From: Zancudomyces culisetae HAW-14-8
Lineage: Eukaryota > Fungi > Kickxellomycota
Direction: 5' to 3'
Assembly (NCBI GenBank): GCA_052426225.1
Contig: JBNJNM010000021.1
Span: 2,604,001-2,668,000 of the forward strand
Length of the DNA: 64,000 bases
Below, piece by piece: positions 21,252 through 36,400 of the stretch. Below the pieces are notes generated by a model. The model was given only the letters and a program-made list of their open reading frames with translations, did not search any database and was not told the DNA's origin. Position 1 is the stretch's first letter; every line of letters begins with the position of its first letter. The position numbers and the translations under genes are program-made.

Positions 21252-24249
21252 AATGCCTTGTTTTATTGTTTTTAACCTTTATTTTATTCTCCAAATTGTT
21301 TTTAACCTCGGCAAATCGACGCTATTAATATTTAAACCTTTTTTTATGGCTATTTGCTCTTGTTATAACTTTTTTGGCTAGTCTCCCAACCCTTACCCAC
21401 TCTTACCCTTAATTGTTTACTTTCGTAACTTTAACTTTTTTTTTTTGCTTTTACAAAGACATCTTTATTTTGACTAACCACTTCACTAGTGGTTATTTTT
21501 ACTCTGATTACATCACTTGGGCATTTCGGTATTAACATTTAAAAATAGAAAAAACTTACAGTTTATACGAAGCTCATGATATAATCATGAGACTCGTCGC
21601 TTCCGTTTTTTCTATTATTAGGCTTTTTAAATTGTAATTTAGAATATTATATTATAATTATACCTATATTGCCGAAGTGCGCCGCCTCTTTAGTGCTTTC
21701 AAAAAAAATATATAAGCTCTTGCGTAAAAATTACATTAATTACTAATTATAGAAGTAAATTTAATTGATGCAATTGGGTGTGGTATTTCGTGAGCTATTT
21801 TCATCTTGTGATATTCTATCACATTCGTGTAACGCCGTAATAGCTTTTTAGGAGTTAAAATCAAAAAAAAAATAAGCAGGACAAGTGATTGCACCAATAC
21901 AATCAATAAAAGTGTAATTAATTTATCCCACTAACTAGATTTATTGAAGGAAATTTTTTTTAAAAAAAGTACGTATTTGTAATGTATTGGGAAAGTTTTT
22001 TGAGATATACGTTCATTTTTTGTCATCCCAGATATCTAGTATACAGCCGCATCAAGTATATGTAACTACGTGAATAATTTATTGTTCAATTATTAGTAAA
22101 AAAATCCAAAATGGCAAAAAAATAATTCGATAGGGTTCAACAACACCTTCATACTTGCGGGACTGGAGAGATATATGAGGTAAGATTCAATTAAAATAAA
22201 ATGTTTCTCTAATAATAAAACCGATACCATGTATACTGTGGTAGTACGCTATTACTAAAATTACCGAATACACACCAAGAATCGGTATCAATCCTAACTA
22301 GCCTCCTTGTCATACATGTTTTTTTTTGCTACAAACGTGGATGTTGAAGAGCAATGCTTTCAAAAATTAACCAGCATTTATCTATTTAATTTTAGTACTA
22401 TATACACCGGGTTTTGAATAAAAGTTAGTATAAACCCTCACTTTGGTGGCCTATCATTATATTCTGTAATATTTGACTACCAACGATGAAGGATTAGATT
22501 CATAAGCTGCTCAAAATAATGGTTAGAATAAAGGTAATCATCCCGCTAAAACTCTATACTTGTTGAAAAGACGAATTGCTACTTGTTTTGTTTTGAACGT
22601 TTTAATGTATCTGAAAGCAGATTTGTGTTATTCAATAAAATAAAAATAAATTAACATTCTAATGCGAATCTAAAGTAGTTGATACTAAATATATCAGTTG
22701 TTTTTGAATATTTTTAGCTCTTCAGAAGGCAGCTTTCGCTGGTTTTTAATATGTTTTTTAAGGCTAGTACGTAATCTACCTGTTCTTTATTTACACACCT
22801 TCTCTTTGTACACAATATTGTAATTGAAACTAGAAGTCCAAGCTAAAAATATATAAAAAATTAGCATTGGCTCCATATTAATTATCACCTTCACTATCCA
22901 AATATTTAATATGCCTACTCCGAGGAAATCAGCTACACAATTTTCAAATATATGTACCATTTCATACGTTATTGTGTCAAGCTCAGCTAAATATATGTGT
23001 AGTTCATTAATGGGTTGGAAATATAGATATACGAGCACAGATTAGTGTTTGAGTGTCAGCATTATGACCAATTTATGCATAATCTCCCTGCCTTGAATGT
23101 ATATTTTCAAACTTTCGTAGTCAGAAGACACGTATACCCAAGTATACAATAAATTTGGTTTATATAAGTAGTACTGCACACATATAATTTATAACACTAT
23201 TTTCTATTGCTTTTCATACATGGTGGAATAATGCGAGGGAGTAATGCACCATACTGGACAACTCTGTTCACGCATGCCGATTTTTCATTACTAGATATTA
23301 ATCGCAAAGTTTTTTTTATAGCATCTTGTGTAAGCTAATTGTAAAAACTTACAAAATATATTTACCCAAGACTGAAATAGAAATCGGTATTATACGTATC
23401 CAATGCTACCTATTTATATTTAAAGACATACATGTGTCAGATTAAAGGGTAAGCTTAATTATGTAACCCGTGTTACTAATGTGTACGGGATTGATATTAT
23501 ACTCCTAATTTTTTTCTTGAGATTTGATATGCATTACCCAGTCACTAAATTCAAAATTAGAGCTAATTACTACAATGGTTGTTTTTTTTATTGTAAAGAT
23601 TTGCAGGTTTAATTCTTAATTATGATGGTTCACATGTCACTTCAGCTTAGGATAAATGTTGGATATTATGTGCTATATCTTTCCTTAAATGTAGAATCAA
23701 TTTGATGTATTCATTGAGAATAAATATTATAATTAAAAGATAGATGGGGTCGTTCAAAAGGCATGGGTATAGAGCTAAAGTGAAAAATGCACAAAGCAAA
23801 GCTAGCTCAAAATTTGGGTTAACTTGTAGTGCTGATCCCAACTCAGGCAATATTATGTGTTTAAATATGGCAGCAGGTATTTGTGCGTGTTAGTTAACAA
23901 AATAACTTCTAAAAATATACAGCCTGGTTAGCCAAACGCTTGTAGTATAATATGTATGTTGATTTGAAATTAGTTATCCCATGAGTACAGCGCTGTCAGT
24001 TACATACCTAGAGAATTTATTTTTAGATATATTTGCTAATTCTAAATCTATAAGGCTTATTGGACTTTATTTTTTGTTGAATCAATTTAATATTGCACAT
24101 CATATCTAAAAAATCAGGCAAATATGCAAAGAGGAGCTGATAGGGTTGTCGGTCTTGTTTTATGTTACACGGGGTTTCATATAAACTCAAAAAAAAAAGA
24201 TACTTTGTAGCCATAGCAAAATCCATATTACAAGCTTTCTCCTTCATCT

Positions 24250-24285
24250 CACTATCACTATCACTATCACTATCACTATCACTAT
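24250..24285. repeat. (CACTAT)6 microsatellite
   Basis: Direct reading of the sequence. Confidence 0.9.
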
Positions 24286-24630
24286 ATTTCGTTCTTTTGC
24301 TTTTTTTTAAAAAAAGTAATACATACACATACACACAATTATGGATACACAGGACAAAATAGGTATTATGAACTGGCTGTTGTCTTACTATTCGCAAATT
24401 TTTCTTTACACTCTAGACCAGTTGATTCAATGAGCTTGCTTGTATCATATGTGTCAAGTAGAAATGAAGAATTGCTTAGCCTTACAAAGTTTTTGTGACT
24501 CACTAAACCAAGTACGTATGAGAGGTGCCAACTTAAACTACTTAGCTTTATGTGTATTCACTTGCGTCTAGTTGATGTATAAACTACTGTATTAAACTGC
24601 ATATATTGACATGTGGTCAAAAGGGAAAAC

Positions 24631-24675
24631 TATGAAAATTATGAAAATTATGAAAATTATGAAAATTATGAAAAT
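24631..24675. repeat. (TATGAAAAT)5 minisatellite in the 3' flank of the 748-aa gene
   Basis: Direct reading of the sequence. Confidence 0.9.
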
Positions 24676-24750
24676 TAAAAAATACATAAAACATTAACAA
24701 GGTTATGTAGACAATATGCTCGAAATAATGAGGGCTACCTGCAATTGTAG

Positions 24751-25477
24751 CTAGAGAGGGTAAAACTCCGAACCCTGGTCATTTTGAGAAACCCAATTTG
24801 ATAAGCCAAAGCAAGTAGTGTTTTTTCGAATTATTAAAAGCTTCTTCATGCTTTGGTTAAAGAAAGAACCAGAAGTGGAAATGATATGCGCAACATGGTC
24901 AATATCAAAGTCATCAATGCTGATATCTGATCCTGTTTTAAGCTGATATGACAAAAAGGGCGGGAATGTAGAATAAAAAAAGTAATTGTTGATGTGCTGT
25001 TGTAGGGACAGGTAACTATGGGGATCGTTGTAATCGCAAAGAGAGGATGAGACGGGTTTAAGATAAACTGAAGAGTAAGAATGTGACTTTGAAGACGATA
25101 ATGGCGGAGAAATGAGAGGAGCTGTGTGATTATTCCGGTTTTTTCTTTTAATGGATCGAAAGGAGTGAGATAGTGAAGGCTGGCGAGAGATGGATTTGGG
25201 AAGAGTAGATTTTGCAGTGTTATCCAAGGCAGAACTGATCGCGCTATATTGACGGTTGTGATGAAGTGATAATCGGGTGGCAAAGGAATTTGACGAAGAT
25301 GAGAACTCGGAGCTCACAATGTAGCTCGGGAGTCTCTCAAAAGAATGGAGAATAAAAGTCGAAGGTTGTGAAAAATTTTCTGTTTGGTTTGGATATCGTG
25401 TGAAGCTTTTTTCACCAGAATAAGCTCCAGTGTTGCTTGATGCATCAATAGTGTTTACTTGAGTATATGATGAAGTC

Positions 25478-25509
<32 letters not shown>

Positions 25510-26997
25510 CTCCATTTGTAAAAGAGGCGCATTTGACTTAGATCCAGAGTCACTCACTTCAACATTTTCAGTGGATTTATACCGATCCGAAATACTCTTA
25601 CTGGGACTTTGGTTCTGGTTTAGATTCTGAGTTAGTTTATTATCATTCAGACTAAATACATCACTGTCATCGGTATCACATGCATGTAACCTATCATTAT
25701 TTTCTATGGTGGCTTTTTCTGAGATATTGCAGGATTTTTTTATGATATTGGATTGCAACATGTGTACACTACATGGGTCGGCAATTACAGGTAAAATTGA
25801 ATCGTCAGACGACGAAGCTAGACCATTCTGAGAGTTATTATAGCATTCCAACTCATAACCCATCAATAATGTGTTGCTCGGTGATAACTTTACATTCTCA
25901 CTAGTATTTTTGTATTCATTCCCATTTTCAATTCCAGTACATAATACATTTAAGGTAGTTGTGGCCACAGAACCTTTTTTTTCCTCAAAGGTGGTGTTTA
26001 CATCAAGTATGTTCAACTCGGTGGCCTTAATGCTACTATGTGCTTGTGTGGAACTATTACCGTTCTGAAGCCCATTCATAGTCCTATTTACTCCACCTTC
26101 GTCCTTCAACTCGTAGCTTTCCACCTCATCCGAAACTACCGATAAGCTCTGTATGAAAAGTTGATCTTCATCCTCGTCCTCATCCGTTAACAGTCCAGTA
26201 TTCATCTCGGGTCTATGCTCCAGTGTATGTTGTATTAGCTCATCACTTAAATGATTTCCATTTGTCTTTTTCTGATTTATAGTTGCTTTATCTGAGATGG
26301 TGCTCATAACAATCGAAATATCACTCTTCCTTATTTCTTTTTTCTCACCTCTTCTATTGAACAAAAATTTTCCAAATTTTTTCTTCTCATCTTTGAATAA
26401 ACCACTAGAGCCTTTTGGCTCTTTTTCATCCATTCCAAGAGCAACCACACCCTTCTCTGTGAAACCGTCCAAAGTTTTGTCGCTAATTCTATGCAAATTC
26501 TGTTTAAGGTAGTGGTCATCTTCAGCTCCAGTGCCCTTAACTATACAATACTCTATACTATCTCGAAAACCGTCGACTGAAGGGGGGATTCCTTTTGCTT
26601 TACCCCCCTCTAGCGTTGCACTCGCGTCTCTTAAAAAGCTGCTTTGGTTATTTTGGGAAGCTTTCAACTCTTCTAGGCCTTTATGTGGATTTACATGCTC
26701 TATTCGGGTTTCCATTCTGATGTTATCTTCAACAGGCGCATCGACTTCCACAACCTCTTTGGCTTTCTTAACTACATTTTCTCTTTCACCATGAATATTT
26801 CTTACATCTAAGGTGTTTCTTGGCGCACAATCTATGTCTATATTCCTGCTTTCCAGTACCTGCTTCTTTCCATTTTTAAAGGATACAATAGAAGTTGTAG
26901 CAGCTCTACTTCTATTAAATATCTTTTTAATCAATTTTATGTTTTTTTTTGTGGCAAACCTCGTCCCTTCCTCTGTTCTGTTCTCCAATAAGTTCAT
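24751..26997 (-). CDS. Hypothetical Ser/Asn-rich, largely disordered protein (748 aa)
   Basis: 2.2-kb stop-free ORF in AT-rich DNA with a poly-Asn tract. No domain recognised. Confidence 0.75.
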
Positions 26998-29900
26998 ATT
27001 TCACACGTATTTCCGGGTGTATTGCGTTTTCGAATCATAAAGGTGTGATAAACTTCTTTCTGTTCAAGAATAGGGTTGATAGCGATAATGTGCAATATAT
27101 TTATAGGGTATTGGTGTTATCAAACGTATTTTTTTTTATCACGGAACTTTGACTTGTTCGACTTCTTCTTTGCTTTGTCAATTGTATTATCCCCACTTCC
27201 TGTAATTATTGTGGATACGAGCCTCCTATTGTGTTTATATATAATATAGTATAACAACTAGTGCTAAGTCCTCGGGTGACACATGCTCGTGGTTTTATTG
27301 TTGATATCACCAAGTACTTGGAGCACTCTTCTATCTAATGTTTAGTTTTGTACTTTTAAAGAGCGATTTTGTATTGTGGTGGTGGAAGACTCAAATAAAT
27401 TGATCTCGTCTTAGTTGTCGTTTTTTTTCGTATCTACTGTTTTTTTGGTGTTTAAAATCCAACATGTCTTCTTTTTTGATATAAATAAGTATATTACTAG
27501 AGTAGTGCAGTAAAATGTTGTTGCATTTTATTTCGAAAACTTTTTTCCCGGTTATTTTTTATCCGTTTGTGAATGAAATTTGTGTTACAAAAAAAAGATA
27601 TAAAAAAAACTTATTTCAAATTGGCGTTAGTTTACATCAATAGTTCACAATACATAATTATGATGATGCTCCCGAATTCAACACTGTTTGGGTAACCTGA
27701 ATGTTTTTCACTATTTATTATATAATTTAGGACAATTTATTCAAAATATATTATTATCCTATGTAGTAGGCAAATTTAATAGAGAGCAAGCTATATTTTT
27801 TTTCAACGCTATGTTAAAACAGTAACAACCCTATCAAATTTATAGCATTTACATTTTGCACAACACTAATACCACATCAAAAGTCCCCACAATTCCTAAG
27901 CCATGATATGCATACTGGTTAATTTTTGTCAAATAAAGTCTTGGGTATTAGACTCTTGATGTAAACTGTGGCATTTATTTCAAGTTCAGTAAGTGTATTT
28001 GTATTTTGTTATAAAATGGAACCACTGATCAAAGTGACAATTAAATAATTGAGCTAATGGCCGAATAGCAATAAAAAAAAACAAAGAATAAAATATAGGA
28101 ATGGTAGTAAAAAAGCATTCTCAAAACCACTATATATCACATAAAATGACCTCGCTGTGCTGTTTATTTTTCAAATAAAAGATATACTTGCTAAACAAGA
28201 GAAACGATCAATAGCAGTAAAATGTCAATAAAAACAAAATACCAACTTGACTCTCGCTTTTACCAGTGAATTAACAAACACTAAATAGTTACCAGCAACT
28301 ACCCAACAACACACATTACCTACATACAAACATTACATAAAACACAACATCTTTGCTTTTGTTTTTCATTTGTGATAGCTGTCACTTTTTGCCACAAATA
28401 AATAGCCTTCTCAACCAAATTGCAAAAATACTGAAAATACCAATGGCCGCGCTCAAATTGGGCCATTCCATTTGGCCATGTTGGGATTAATTAAGCACAA
28501 TTTCATTTAGGATTATCGAAATCCAGAAAAAATGTTATTTTTTGTGCATTCTTTTTTGTAAAGCTTCTTTAATTGGTAGTGGATTGGTTCGTTTGATCGG
28601 ATAAATTACAATATTTCTATATCTCTTCCAAAAAAAAAAAAAAACTTGATATATGCAGTATATAAAAAGCAAAGTCTCAATATATTATTGAGCTAATTAG
28701 AAAAATATGTAATAGGTTAAAACACCGACTGTATTCTAACTAGAGGTTATTGAAAAAAAACTAAGCGGGGAAAGCTATTTAATTACAAAGAGTTAGTTGA
28801 GGAGTATCTCGACCATAAACATGTGCAACAATGTTAGTTCAGGACATTCACGTAGATTAATTGAAGATTAGTCACATATTCTCATAAGTATTAAGCAGGT
28901 CTTGACCTAATACTTATTTAGCCATTCAGCTAACACTTTTTTCTGCTAAAAAAATATTTAGCGATCTACGAATCTACGAGTCAAGTACTGGAGAATAGTA
29001 GCATATAATTAATACTACATAATACCATATCATTCAAGGTGAGAGAGACTGAAATGGAGACAATGCTCATTTTGGAAGCAAGTTAGTGTTGATTTGGCTT
29101 GAAGAAATGTTGTTTTATGGTTAATTGCATTTAGCAATTAATATATCAATAGCAAGTGGTGTGAAAAAAAGCATTTTCACTACAAGTGTTGATGAAAAAT
29201 ATACACCAAAATTACAACCATTTAGTTATAATACACTTTAGAATGTCAACTATTATTAAAATCATATATGAGTTTGTGATGGTTGTAAATATACCAGCTC
29301 AGCACCATTACGTAAAAAAAAAGCATAGTTATCCAAAACACTTTGGGTTGAAAACTACTAGTCATAATAAATGAAGATTATACAATCCAGGTGCATAAGC
29401 GGAAGAGCGTATATATATAAAATGTGTATACACTCATAGATGATATGAAACACTTTGATCGGTAAAATAAACACTTTTATAAACTACCACATGAGCAAGT
29501 TGACACGTCAGCACTTGATATTCTGTGTTTTTCAAGTCCTACCCGCCCATATTTAATCTTAGGTATCTAGGCGTTGTAATTAAGCGATTTTTGCCAATCA
29601 CTTTTTTATTGAACTCGCGATTATTTCAGTTGGACAGCAGAGTCGAAGTATGTAACTAAATAGCCCTTTAAAATTAAAATTAAAAGTAAAATAATTTTAC
29701 TACAAAATATTTAACTATAATATATCGAGTCTACATCATACACCCCCACTAAATTCAGGTCACTTCTTATTACAAAAGTTGAATGCCTATATATCTGGTT
29801 GTTTAAGATACCAACAAATGAATAAGGATAAACATGGAGAGCTTCTTGAGTAAAGTTCAACATCCAATAACCACCGGGTACTAGTAAATATGGTATATCA

Positions 29901-31571
29901 GCCAAAATCGTTCATCTCTTTTTGAGAAGGTTCAAAAACTTTTGATAATGACCGTCTGTGATTATTTTTGAAATATAAGTGTCTACAACCAGGTTTATTA
30001 GTTTTTTCTGTTTGTTATTGAGATCACAAACATACACATACACATATACATACATACAATGATATTTTATATGCTTGTGTTTAGGTTCTCTTTTATTGAC
30101 GCAATGTTATTCAATCAAAAGCTAAGTACTAGGATATAAATAGAATAAGCCCATGTTTGAGTAGTCAAATAAAATACATTTGGCAAGCTATTTTAAAAAC
30201 GCTTAGTAGTACGAGAGCGTATATAGTAAAAGTAATAGGTTTTTATTTCAAGATACAATATAAATGGCGAGTTACGAGGTAATTTTTGTTTGTAAATAAC
30301 AAAAAAAACTATCTTTTATGGCTAACGAGCTCAAGTGAAAAAAAAATTAATAAAATATAAAACAAAGAGCACCATATACAAAACACAGGTGTACCTCAAA
30401 GAGTCAGAATTTATAGTCGCAATAAGCTTTCTTATTAGCATTAGGTAGAAATAAAGTATAGCTATTAGCAGTCTCAATGTATAAGTGAACCTTTATGACA
30501 GTGCCGTTTCTCTTCACTTCGATTAAAACCGTTATTCTGCCGCATATAATACTCAATGCATGTTTTATTGGGGCATAGTGGTTTTCAGATCAACACATTG
30601 GTTACTTGTACCACATTTGATAAAACCCTTTTAGTTCCACGTAAATGTTATAGAGGTTATTTTATGATGTTACATCTGCCAATAATTAGCTTTAAACCCA
30701 CGATTTAATAAGTGACAATGACTCTGAAGGAAGATTATTTTGATTTTATCTATGTATAGCCAAACCTGCAAATATCAGAAAAAACAAACAAATATGTGGG
30801 TACATGAATATGAATGTAATACGGATATTATGACATTCGTTTCAAGATATCAATCAAAACACTGACTCTTGTAGGGCTAATAAATCAAGTGTGTAAAGTA
30901 GATTGGCTTTATTGAGAAACAGTAAACATACAATGTGGTTAACCTGTGAATGTATCAAATAGACACATCAATACTGTACTTTTTCCGCTTTTTATGAGTA
31001 GGCACGTGAGACTAGGTCCAACTTCTAACCGATTTACCCCAATCTTGAATTATCCCAGCTTACATAAAAAGCGAGAAAAAAAAGGATTTTGTTCTTGTAA
31101 TCTGAGTAAAGATGACGGAAATTGCGAAAAGCAGATGGAAAAGGCATCTAGCAACAGTCATCAAAGCAATTAAACTAGAGATGGCCCTATCAAACACAAA
31201 TAAATTGCATTTCAAAATACCTCACCATTTTGTATAGAATAAAAAAAGAGCTGACCAACAAAGAGGCAGATACACTGTTGATCAAAAATACCCATCATCC
31301 AATCCCATTCCAGATCCATAAAACTAAACACCATCTAGGATATTTTTTGTATTAGCTCAGGCAGTATTTTGAGATTATGTGTCCTAGTGTTTAGTACACA
31401 CAAAGCTATCAAGGAATGTAATTAAAATATAGAGTTCAGCTAGTGTTTCTATCTTACCAATTCTGTATGTTAAAGAGGGCAAAGAAACTGCCATACACAC
31501 TGTATTAATTGTTATTCTAAGAATATTGTTGTTATACTTAATATATTAATAGTTTTGATAAATACGTGAAA

Positions 31572-33209
31572 ATGGAGATAGAAAAGGAACTCGAGGGCGT
31601 TAACCCAAGTGGGCAATACGAAGGGAGTGTGGAGGTCCATTCGAAATCAAAACTCACAGCCTATGAAGAGGAGGTTGTGAAACGGTATTTAAAAAAAGTA
31701 GATCGTCGCACCCTCCCTATATTGTCTCTGCTATATTTTGGATCGGTACTTGATTCCGCTAATATCGGTGCTGCGCTGGTTGTGGGAATTGTAGACGACA
31801 TTGGACTTTCAAACCTTGAGGTTGCATTATCCATCATTCTTTTCTATTTATGCTATATCCTGTTCGAAGGTCAGTTCAGTATATAGCTTTTCCTTTTCTA
31901 AAAAATATAGTATGAGAAAAGTAACTATACAGAATAATAGTATAAATATATACACAACCATATAGTCCCCTCAAACCTAATGCTAAAGTATTTTAAACCC
32001 CATCACTGGTTTGCATTTATTGCAGTATCGTGGTCAGTCTGCACACTTCTTTTGGTTGTGATAAAAAATGGAACTGGGTTTGTAGCTGTGCGAACTCTTA
32101 TGGGTGCATTGGAGGCAGGATTGAGTCCTGGTGTAGTTACATACTTGCCCTTTTGGTATACACTTGATGAAATCCCAACTAGAATGTTTATGTTCTATAC
32201 GGCCTTGGCACTAACTGGGGTATTTGGACCAGTTATAGCATACGGATTTAGCGAGCTGCCTGTAAGTAGAAATAATTACTAGAGGTATCGGTGTATAAGT
32301 TTAATACCATAACATGTGTATTATTGTTGAAAATAATAGATTCGGTCACTCTTTAAGTATCAAAGAATATTTTTGTTTGAGGGAATATTGACACTGTTGG
32401 TTGGGGTTGGTACATTCTTATTTCTGCATGACTATCCAGAAACTTCTACAATGTTAACAGAAGAGGAGCGCATTCTTGCTACAAAGCGTATTCGTGAATC
32501 ACACGGGTTGGCAACAAAGGCGAAAATCGATTTAAATCAAATAATGAGGGATCTAAAAGATTGGAAACTTATCCCATTTACAACCATGATTTTTAGCATC
32601 AGTTATGCAATCAGCGTAATAGGGATATTTGGACCAACAATCATAAACAACGCGGGCTTTTCTCAAGGAGTATCACTCTTACTCTCTGCACTACCGGCTC
32701 TCACATCTTTTATTATGCTTCTTTTATCTGTTAAACTGATAAAGATCATACCGTTCTATCTATTCGTCACAGTTAATTGCGCTGTTGTGATGATAGCCTA
32801 TATATTTGTGGGCTTTATTGGCGGTCCCATTCTGAAGATAGTTTTTTTAACATTAGGCGGCTTTGGTGGTGTCTCCAACCTGTCAATAATGATGACGTGG
32901 ACATCAATAAACATGGGTGGGACAGCAAAAAGATTGATCTCAATCGCAGTTATATCTGCTCTTGCTTCTGCAGGTAATATGGTTGCACCAATTCTATATA
33001 CTGGAGACTATGGCCCTGAATTTACTGAAGGTGGATTGCTGTTGATCCTATCACATGCAGCTTCGATTGTCAGTGCGTTGGTACTGGCATATCACTTCAA
33101 GCGTACAAATAAATACCGAGACGAACACCCAATCGATGTCTCTCACCTAACCGAGGAAGAACAGGTGGCATTGAATGACTATCATCCCAACTTCAGGTAT
33201 AGACTTTAA
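31572..33209 (+). CDS. MFS transporter, anion:cation symporter (Dal5/Tna1-like); exons 31572-31869, 31966-32261, 32340-33209
   Basis: KVDRRTLP, LDSANIG, FEVPSN restored across intron 1, RIFLFEG, C-terminal HPNFRYRL, multiple TM segments. Confidence 0.9.
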
Positions 33210-33427
33210 TTTCTTAAGAGAAAAGTATTCCTTTTTGTAGCGTTTACGTGTTTCTACCCTTTTGGTGTTAGCAAGTATCAATATTATCAATCAGAGACAT
33301 ACCAAATCTAATGGAGTTATGTATAACTTGGTTGGCTAGCTCAGTATAAAAAACCGTGAATTTGATACAGATAGTTTAAAACATTATAAACATAAAATGA
33401 AATCTGGGCCATTGAGCCTTCACCCCT

Positions 33428-33452
33428 CCCCCCCCCCCCCCCCCCCCCCCCC
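33428..33452. repeat. C25 homopolymer (G25 on the minus strand)
   Basis: Direct reading of the sequence. Confidence 0.9.
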
Positions 33453-36400
33453 AGTGTAAGGTACTTTCACCTTATGTAGTGAATGGGCGTGCGGATAGGA
33501 AGATCAACACGGTTACCAGCATATTGTTTTATTTACATGAGCTGTCTGTGTCTGGATAGGGTTCAAAATATTACACTTTTTTATAGGTACCAATATCCAC
33601 GTTTCAAGGAACCGAAAAGAGGTATTTCGCTAATGTATTAAATTTTAAACAAACAATAGCAAAACAAACAGCTCTGCTGTAAAACTAACAAAACAGGATT
33701 ATATAATTTTTTTAAATGCGAACATTTACAAAATAAAAAAAAGATTATAATAAATGCCAACAAAATCGAGTTATTGAGCCAAGGATGATATGTCGGAATT
33801 CAAAAAACTAAAATAGTGTTAAATTTGATATGGTATATTTCAGTTGAAAATGTACAAAATCATAAAATCAGTAAACACTCTGCGTTTAGAAAGTATATCC
33901 AGGTTAAACATCCAGGGGGTTTTGAAAAGGAGACTTTATAATACTAGTTTACGTGGGGTAAAATATCTTAATTCAGACATAGTCTGTGCAAATAGAAGAT
34001 ATAACACAGAGGCTGAGACTTCGACTCTAAAAAATGAAGAAAATGCAAGTCATAATTTTGTATTTTAGTTTTGTTTTTTTAAACGAGAAGCAGCGCTTTC
34101 TTCTTCCACTCAATATAATTTTTGTTTTGTTATTATAAACATTTGAAAAATGAATATCAATGTCTGTAACTTCAACTATGAATAGAAACTTAAACAACAT
34201 GAAGGAGCAATATTTGTTGGGAACGTCTTTAAGGTGCAACAACACAAACTTGACGTAATTTCACTTGTGGATTCATGGATCAATAAAGAGAAAGTGAGTC
34301 ATATCACAAAAAAAATCAAAGAGCTGGAAGGGGAAGTGGAGATAACTAGGATAGAAGACAGGTAAATATTCCGGTCATATTTTTCTTGAATTAATTACCC
34401 AGCATTACATTAAAAACAGTACATCTGTATATATGTAGATTTCGAGATGGAGGAGCAAGAATATATATCAAATACAAAACCGATGAAGAAACGAGCAAGT
34501 ATGAAGAGAGATTGGTAGAGCGACTACAGAAAAGCGTAGATATAGAGTATAAGGGGGTGGTAAAGAGATATACAAATAGAATACCTCGGGTATTTAGGGT
34601 AAAGGGCGAACCATTTAATGAAGATTTGATGGATTACTTTCCAACACGCAACCTCAAAGTTTCTTTGGGGGGAGGGGTAGAGAACAACGCGAACAAGACA
34701 GTACTCACGGGTGCGGGATTGGAAAAAGTATACAAGGTTTTTAGAGAGTATGGTAGAATATATTCGATAAGAATAGTGGATGGTAACAGCGTGGAGGTGC
34801 GATATGTGTCACCAAAGAGTGCTGCATACGCATTGAATTGTGAGGGGGGTGATATTATCATGGGTATGAACTTATGGATCGTATATGATAAGGTGGCTAA
34901 GAGAAAGATATTTACAGAGTTTTACAATACGCACTCGAAAATCTTGCTGCCGATAATTCTAGCAGCGATAATAGCAGCAGTATTGGCATTGGTGGAGCCA
35001 ATAAGATTGTGGTTTATCAAAAACAAAGTTACCAGAAGAATGGATAGATTAGGGATATATGTGGTAGATAAAGCTAAAGAGCTTGCCAGTATGATGGGGC
35101 TAAAAGTGGGAAAATATGGAATTTATCTGATTGATGCTGTTGGTGGAGCTAGGGGACAAGAGAAGACAGCATTAAGAGAAATCGAGTCAGAAAGTATAGA
35201 AAGGTTGATAAACAAGGTGGAAAAAAATAATAGGCCCAATGAAATAATAGTAATTAGTGGACCTGAGGGCGTAGGAAAGGGTGAATTGGCAAGGTTGGCA
35301 AAAAGAAATAAAAGAAATGTTTTGGAGATTGATATGGGAACATTGGAGCAAATTGCAGGGCTCAACAGTGAAAACTACCAACTAGATGTATTAGCAAGAA
35401 TGGTTGGGTTTATGCCGTTTTTTGGTTCGCTTAGAAGTATACAGGGGTTATTAGACAAGATAATCAGCTCGACTATGGGACAGAAGACGATAGGGCTGTC
35501 AACTTCAGCTTCAGGCCAGGCCAGTCAAATCATGGATGCAGTATTGACAGCACTTGATAGAATTTACACAACCAACTTGTATAACTCTGCTGCTAAGCAT
35601 GCTAAGGCGGTATCGAGGGCGAAAAAAGCCGAAAATAATGGTATGAAATCGTCAGAACTTGACTATAGTGAGGGAAAAGCTGGACATAACGACAGCACTG
35701 AGATTCTTTTGACCAATATTGAGCACGAAATTCCCAACGAGGAGATACCTCTGATAATAATCACCAACTTCATGAACATGTACCCACATTCCAACTTTGG
35801 ATATTACAGAGAAGTGGCAGATTTTTGCAGAAGGGTTGCTGAAACGGGGTTAGCACACATAGTTTTAACCACCACCAACAAGTCAATCTATCGAGATATG
35901 TTGCAACTCTGGTCGCTCGGCAGCACACAGAGTAAAAATGGTAGTGAAAACACTTCAGGAGCAATGGATTCTAGCTCTTTAGGAACCCTTCAGTCAGGAC
36001 TAATTGATGTTATTGCTGTGAAAGAACCTGATCAAAACGATGCTGTTTCGTATGTGACATACAAGCTGGCAACTATCAGTCCAAGCTTGATATTTAATGA
36101 TAATGACAGTCGCGAATTGCTGCGTGCACATATCGACTGTGTATCAAAGATCGGCGTCAACCAAGATGATTTGGATATATATGTCAGTGAAATACTAAGA
36201 GGTGCGGCGCCACTAGCTGCTCTAGAAACTGTGGTTAAAAGAAATGTTATTACGGTGAAACGCATCTTGAATGGTTGCCTTAGCGATGGATCTAAAAATA
36301 GTGGGAATGGTAACGGTAACGGTAACGGGGGTAGTAACAGCGTCAATGCGATTCAGCTGTGGCATATAATTTCGGCTTTTGGATCCCAAGTTAAGCCCGG

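Noticed and set aside
21252-31560. Short ORFs (60-125 aa) in the long intergenic regions, likewise at 45800-50500 and 59900-64000
   Set aside because: No motifs, often non-ATG starts, and compositions typical of AT-rich non-coding DNA. No tRNA, rRNA, CRISPR or telomeric arrays were recognised.
34045-34185. GC-AG intron in YME2 (GCAAGT at 34045)
   Set aside because: An in-phase GT donor (GTATTT at 34060) explains the structure equally well. Needs RNA data.
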